Below the pieces are notes generated by a model. That model was given only the letters and a program-made list of their open reading frames with translations, had not been told where the DNA came from and made no database searches. DNA of 64,000 nt from Thermoplasmatota archaeon. Lineage in GTDB: Archaea; Thermoplasmatota; E2; DHVEG-1; B18-G2. The translations under genes and the position numbers were made by a program. Position 1 is the first letter of the stretch. Every line of letters begins with the position of its first letter. Shown one piece after another: positions 59,008 through 64,000 of the stretch. The stretch lies in the NCBI GenBank assembly GCA_029259115.1, contig JAPDJO010000029.1:1-64000 (forward strand), in the 5' to 3' direction.

Positions 59008-60642
59008 TTAGTCAAACTCTGTTTCCTCTCCTGGACCTTTCTCTGACCCTTTACCTTTTTCCTCTGTTCCCTTCGCAGCTATGATGTCATCGATTCTCAG
59101 TATCATTATCGCTGCCTCTGCTGCGGCCTTTACCTCTTGGGTGCTTACTCTGAGTGGTTCTATTACGTTATTCTTCATCATGTCAACGATGTCTCCATTC
59201 TCAACGTCTATCCCTGCATACTTCATTCCCTTCTTGTGAGCTGCTCTTACCTTGATCATCATATCTATTGGATCCAGACCTGCGTTCTCTGCTAGTGTTC
59301 TTGGAACTATCTCTATTGCATCAGCGAAAGCCTCAATAGCCATTTGCTCTCTTCCGCCTACCGTTGGAGCATACTCTCTGAGTTTTATTGCTATCTCTGT
59401 TGCAGCAGCGCCTCCGCCAGGCGTGATCTTGCCATCTTCAAGGGCAACCTTCACCACTGAAAGAGCATCATGCAATGCTCTCTCCAGCTCATCAACTATG
59501 TGCTCTGTACCTCCTCTTATCAGTATTGATACTGCCTTTGGATTCTTACAGTTCATCACAAAGGTCATTCTGTCATCGCCGATCTTTCTCTCCTCAACGA
59601 GTCCCGCCTTACCTAGATCCTTTGGAGTTAGATCGTCTAGATTTGAGACTATCTTTGCACCAGTAGCTTTAGCTAGTTTTTCCATGTCACTCTTCTTTGC
59701 TCTTCTTACTGCATATATTCCCTCCTTCGCTAGGAAGTGCTGAGCTATGTCATCTATACCCTTCTGACATATCAGAACATTTGCTCCTGCCTTCTTTACC
59801 TTCTCCACCATCTTTTTGAGCATCGCCTCCTCTTCATCTAGGAATCTCTGTAGCTGTGAAGGATCTGTAATCTGAATTCTGGCATCAACTTCTGTCTTTT
59901 TGACTTCAAATGGAGCATTTACTAGTGCGATCTTAGCGTTTTTCACTATCTTTGGCATTCCCTCATGTACTCTCTCCTTGTCTAGAATTATACCCTCTAT
60001 AACCTGCGTGTCGTTTATGCTTCCTCCCTGTTTCTTTGTTATCTGTATGTTATCAAGGTCGACCACAGTTCTCCCATCGATCTCCTCCGCAACCATTCTA
60101 ACGGCTTTGACCACTATGTCTGCAAGCATATCTTTTGCGGCGCTTGCTCCCTTGCTTGCCATAGCAGTTATTGCAATGTTTTTCAAGGTCTTAACGTCAT
60201 CTTTCTTGATCGGCTTTGCCATAGAGTTCAGGATCTCCACAGCCTTATCCGCTGCTATCTTGAAGCCTCTAGCAATTATCGTTGGATGTATGTTCTTTTC
60301 TAGAAGCTCTCCTGCAACTTTTAGAAGTTCTCCAGTCAGAACTACAGCTGTTGTTGTTCCGTCTCCGCACTCTTCATCTTGAGCTTTTGCTACTTCTACC
60401 ATCATCTTTGCTGCTGGATGCTCGACATCGATTTCCTTGAGAATGGTTGCACCATCGTTTGTTATTATAACGTCTCCCATACTGTCTACGAGCATCTTGT
60501 CCATTCCTTTTGGTCCGAGTGTTGATCTCACTGCATCGGCTATAGCTCTTGCTGCCATTATGTTGCTGTATTGTGCGCTCCTACCTCTCTCTCGCTTGGT
60601 TCCTTCTTTCAATACTATTATAGGCTGCTGTGTAGCCAACAT
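59008..60642 (-). CDS. ths: Thermosome subunit (group II chaperonin)
   Basis: [30 protein letters not shown]. Confidence 0.97.
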   Translation of the reverse strand: MLATQQPIIVLKEGTKRERGRSAQYSNIMAARAIADAVRSTLGPKGMDKMLVDSMGDVIITNDGATILKEIDVEHPAAKMMVEVAKAQDEECGDGTTTAVVLTGELLKVAGELLEKNIHPTIIARGFKIAADKAVEILNSMAKPIKKDDVKTLKNIAITAMASKGASAAKDMLADIVVKAVRMVAEEIDGRTVVDLDNIQITKKQGGSINDTQVIEGIILDKERVHEGMPKIVKNAKIALVNAPFEVKKTEVDARIQITDPSQLQRFLDEEEAMLKKMVEKVKKAGANVLICQKGIDDIAQHFLAKEGIYAVRRAKKSDMEKLAKATGAKIVSNLDDLTPKDLGKAGLVEERKIGDDRMTFVMNCKNPKAVSILIRGGTEHIVDELERALHDALSVVKVALEDGKITPGGGAAATEIAIKLREYAPTVGGREQMAIEAFADAIEIVPRTLAENAGLDPIDMMIKVRAAHKKGMKYAGIDVENGDIVDMMKNNVIEPLRVSTQEVKAAAEAAIMILRIDDIIAAKGTEEKGKGSEKGPGEETEFD

Positions 60643-60810
60643 CTTCCTCTACCTCCCTTAAATTATTACTCTACTTAGCCTGAAAGGCAAAACCAGTATA
60701 TCATCACTTCTATATAAAATTTACTGTTGAGTTCTTAATAGCTAGAACGGTCTAATTGTTTTACCAAAAACTAAAATAATCTGGATTCAATATGACTTAT
60801 AGGTGAGAGT

Positions 60811-61389
60811 GTGGAGATAGAGGCGCTTAGAGAGAAGGCAAGGAAACTCAAGGATAATGGTCTCACGGTATATGAAATAGCAGCTGAGATGAATATTGCT
60901 GAAGAGACGGTTGAATGGTTGCTGGGAAAAGAGGAAAAAGAGAGGAAAGGCAAAGACGTTAAAATAGGTTGGAGATCGATCGGGGTTTATCCTTACAGGA
61001 TAGGACTTATTGCAAGCTCTATGGCTGATATAATCCTAGAAGAAGCAGAAAATAGAGATTTGGATGTAGATACTATCGTTGGAATAGCCATAAACGGGAT
61101 ACCCTATGCTACACTTATAGCTGAAGAGCTAGGATTAGAGTTAGCAATATTCAGACCTCACACAGAAAAGGTCGGAGTATTTAGCTCAAACTATGCAAGT
61201 GTAAGAGATAAAAGCGTAGTGATAGTGGATGATGTCATAGGAAGTGGGAAAACTATGAGGAAAGCAATAACAGCAACCAAGAAAGAAGGAGGAAAACCTG
61301 TTTTGTGTATAACTCTTGTTAACAAAAGAGCTCAGAATGATGTGGATGGTGTTCCTTTAAGAGCCTTAATAAGAACTAGAGTGATATAA
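60811..61389 (+). CDS. PyrE-like protein with N-terminal HTH (GfcR-type regulator)
   Basis: N-terminal HTH (GL...EIA.E.N....TV.WL) plus PRTase VIVDDVI.SG.T. Confidence 0.85.
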   Translation: MEIEALREKARKLKDNGLTVYEIAAEMNIAEETVEWLLGKEEKERKGKDVKIGWRSIGVYPYRIGLIASSMADIILEEAENRDLDVDTIVGIAINGIPYATLIAEELGLELAIFRPHTEKVGVFSSNYASVRDKSVVIVDDVIGSGKTMRKAITATKKEGGKPVLCITLVNKRAQNDVDGVPLRALIRTRVI

Positions 61390-61399
61390 GGAGATATCT

Positions 61400-62947
61400 A
61401 TGCACTGGGCCGATGTTCTGGCTTCTCAGCTCGAAGAGGATAGAAGTCATGTTATTGCTACGGGCATAACGCCTTCCGGCCCCATACACATAGGCAACAT
61501 GAGAGAGATACTTACAGCCGATGCCATCTATAGGGCTGCCATAGATAGAGGGTTAGATGCTGAGCTTATTTATGTAGCAGATGATTTTGATCAGCTTAGA
61601 AAAGTCTATCCATTCTTACCAGAGGAATACGAAAAATACGTTGGTATGCCATTATCGGAAATTCCTTGTCCATGTGGAGATCATAGAAGCTATGCCGATC
61701 ATTTTCTAGAAAGCTTTCTGGAAGCTTTGAAAGAGTTGGGTATAAAGCCAAAGGTTTACAGGGCCTCCAAACTCTACAAGGATGGGAGTTACAACGAGTA
61801 TATACAAATCGCCTTAGAGAAGAGTGAGGAAATAAAAGAAATCATAGAGAAAATATCAAAAAGAGATTTACCAAAAAATTGGATTCCTTTCAATATACTA
61901 TGTGAGAACTGCAAAAGATTAACCTCTACCGAACCTCTGCTATATGAGTATCCAAGGATAGAATACAAATGCAGTTGTGGATACGAAGGAGAGATAGACA
62001 TAAGGAGAGGAGGGGTAGGAAAGCTGCCATGGAGGGTTGACTGGCCAGCTAGATGGAAGATGCTGGGAGTTACGTTTGAACCCTTTGGCAAGGATCATGC
62101 AGCGGCAGGGAGTTCTTGGGATACAGGAAAAGTAATTTCTGAGAAGATATTTGGATACCCTCCACCACACTACGTTGTTTACGAGTTTATACAGTTGAAG
62201 GGAAAGGGTGCCATGCATAGTTCTAAAGGTACAGCAATAAGTGCAGAGGAAATGCTCAACATGACTCCTCCAGAAGTATTGAGATTTTTAATAATGAAAA
62301 ATAAACCTTCAAAACATATAGACTTTGATCCGGGTTTGGGGCTACTAGATCTAGTTGATGAATATGATGAAGAAGAGAGAGTGTATTTTGGGGTGGAAGA
62401 GGAAAAAAGAGGAATGAAAGATCTTAGAAGAATATACGAGTTATCTCAGCCATATAAGATTCCCGAAAAACTTCCTCTACAGATATCTTATCGTCATCTT
62501 GCAACAGTGGTTCAAATAACCAGAGAATGGGATGGAATTGTGAAGATTTTGAAGAGAACCGGTCAAATAAAAGGTGAACTGGAAAAAGAGGATGAGGAGA
62601 GATTAAAAAGTAGAGTGAAACACGTCATATACTGGCTTGATAGATTTGCTCCTGACAGGATAAAATTCAAGCTGCAAGAAAAACTTCCTAATGTAAATCT
62701 GGATGAAGATCAAAAGAAGTTTTTGGAAGAGTATCTAAAGATAGTAAAATCTGTGGAATGGGATGCAGAGAATCTGCATGAATCTGTATATACAGCAGCC
62801 AACAATCTAGGAATAAATCCAAAGATCGGCTTCAAAACGATGTACCAAATCTTACTGAACAAGGAATATGGTCCCAGACTAGGATACTTTCTGACAACTC
62901 TAGGAAGAGATTTTGTTTTGAGGAGAATTGAAGAAGCAATTAAATAG
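61400..62947 (+). CDS. lysS: Lysine--tRNA ligase, class I
   Basis: MHWAD, GITPSG.IHIGN, KL.WRVDWP.RW, GKDH, MHSSKG, GPRLG. Confidence 0.97.
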   Translation: MHWADVLASQLEEDRSHVIATGITPSGPIHIGNMREILTADAIYRAAIDRGLDAELIYVADDFDQLRKVYPFLPEEYEKYVGMPLSEIPCPCGDHRSYADHFLESFLEALKELGIKPKVYRASKLYKDGSYNEYIQIALEKSEEIKEIIEKISKRDLPKNWIPFNILCENCKRLTSTEPLLYEYPRIEYKCSCGYEGEIDIRRGGVGKLPWRVDWPARWKMLGVTFEPFGKDHAAAGSSWDTGKVISEKIFGYPPPHYVVYEFIQLKGKGAMHSSKGTAISAEEMLNMTPPEVLRFLIMKNKPSKHIDFDPGLGLLDLVDEYDEEERVYFGVEEEKRGMKDLRRIYELSQPYKIPEKLPLQISYRHLATVVQITREWDGIVKILKRTGQIKGELEKEDEERLKSRVKHVIYWLDRFAPDRIKFKLQEKLPNVNLDEDQKKFLEEYLKIVKSVEWDAENLHESVYTAANNLGINPKIGFKTMYQILLNKEYGPRLGYFLTTLGRDFVLRRIEEAIK

Positions 62948-62970
62948 GTAATCTCTCCTATTATCATGTA

Positions 62971-64000
62971 ATGAAATTCTACATCGAAACCTACGGATGC
63001 ACTGCAAACAGAAGCGACGAAAGCGTAGTCAAAGGTATCTTATTCTCTAAAGGTTTTGAATTGGCAAATGATCCGAGATCGGCTGATGTTTCGATAATAC
63101 TAACATGTACAGTCATAGGAACAACCGAACAGAGGATGCTGAATCGAATAAGACATTTGTATAAAATATCAAAGAATCTTATTGTCTCTGGCTGCATGGC
63201 GAGCGTTCAGGCTGATCTGGTAAGGAAAATTGCCCCAGAAGCTAAAATCCTCCCGCCTAACAAAATAGACCAAATCGTTGATGTTATAGAGGGCAAAGAA
63301 CTTGTGGACAAAGAAGTTTCAAAAACTTCTTTACCGAGATGCTTTGATGATATAAGAGCTCCTATCTCGATATCGGAAGGATGTATGTTTTCATGCTCTT
63401 ACTGCATAACATCAAAAGCAAGAGGTAAGTTAGTGAGCTATCCTATTGAAGAAGTGGTTGAAGTGGTTAGAAAAGCTGTGAAGAATGGTGCCAAAGAAAT
63501 CCAACTCACATCTCAAGATTTAGCTTCCTATGGACTAGATAAAGATTTGAGCCTCTACGATCTTGTAAAGGAAGTATCCTCAATAGAAGGAAACTTTATG
63601 ATAAGACTTGGTATGATGAATCCTCTGAATGTGAAAAGGAGATTGGATGAGATTTTATCGCTTTATGGTTTTGATAAAGTTTACAGGTTTCTTCATCTTC
63701 CCGTTCAGTCTGGTGACAATGAGATTTTAAAGAGGATGAACAGAGGTTACACCTCCGAAGATTTTAAGGAGATTGTTTATAGATTCAGATCTGAGTATCC
63801 GGATATAACCCTATCTACAGATATCATAGTCGGATTTCCAGGAGAGGACGAGAAATCTTTCCAAAAGACAGTCGATCTTATAAAAGAGGTAGAGCCTGAT
63901 GTAGTTAATATAACCAGATTTTCACCGAGACCCTTTACCAAGGCAAAATATATGGACAAAAAGGTTCCAACAGATGTAGCAAAGGAAAGATCCAGATACT
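62971..64000 (+). CDS. tRNA t6A37 methylthiotransferase (MiaB-like radical SAM), 3'-truncated by window edge
   Basis: Hand translation MKFYIETYGCTAN..., GCMFSCSYC, HLPVQSGD, DIIVGFPGE. Confidence 0.92.
   Translation, partial: MKFYIETYGCTANRSDESVVKGILFSKGFELANDPRSADVSIILTCTVIGTTEQRMLNRIRHLYKISKNLIVSGCMASVQADLVRKIAPEAKILPPNKIDQIVDVIEGKELVDKEVSKTSLPRCFDDIRAPISISEGCMFSCSYCITSKARGKLVSYPIEEVVEVVRKAVKNGAKEIQLTSQDLASYGLDKDLSLYDLVKEVSSIEGNFMIRLGMMNPLNVKRRLDEILSLYGFDKVYRFLHLPVQSGDNEILKRMNRGYTSEDFKEIVYRFRSEYPDITLSTDIIVGFPGEDEKSFQKTVDLIKEVEPDVVNITRFSPRPFTKAKYMDKKVPTDVAKERSRY

Noticed and set aside
60731-60748. GTTCT-N8-AGAAC upstream of thermosome as a heat-shock operator
   Set aside because: 5-bp arms and a single occurrence; insufficient support
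1-64000. CRISPR arrays, IS elements, rRNA, inteins, Sec/Pyl readthrough
   Set aside because: No spaced repeats, transposase motifs, rRNA-like stretches, intein-length insertions or in-frame stops within conserved genes were seen

Overview
This is an AT-rich, gene-dense archaeal chromosome segment. The markers (class I LysRS, thermosome, aIF6, Rps19e/L31e/L39e, Sec61-beta, AGT-EndoV fusion, expanded secreted PKD/PGF-tail families) point to Thermoplasmatota, probably an uncultured MBG-D/Thermoprofundales-like peptide fermenter; that placement is inference. Most of the window is housekeeping, including two tRNAs (His-GTG with an intron, Leu-CAA) and RNase P RNA. I saw no integrase, transposase or CRISPR array. 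Four signals stand out. (1) A 15-nt motif, GRTAACANTTGTACA, occurs three times, each 7-8 nt upstream of a TATA box driving an unannotated 34-48 aa protein; two of these proteins are paralogues, suggesting a small-protein regulon. (2) A cluster with no luxC/luxD holds three LuxE-like acyl-protein synthetases, a transglutaminase-like enzyme and two transporters; the DNA encoding the acyl-accepting C-terminus is near-identical across the copies. (3) A structured leader upstream of a CBS + cation/H+ antiporter operon resembles a Na+-type riboswitch. (4) A thioredoxin/4Fe-4S membrane operon shares a perfect palindromic operator with a Cys-containing TrmB-like regulator. All assignments come from reading motifs by eye; no searches were run.
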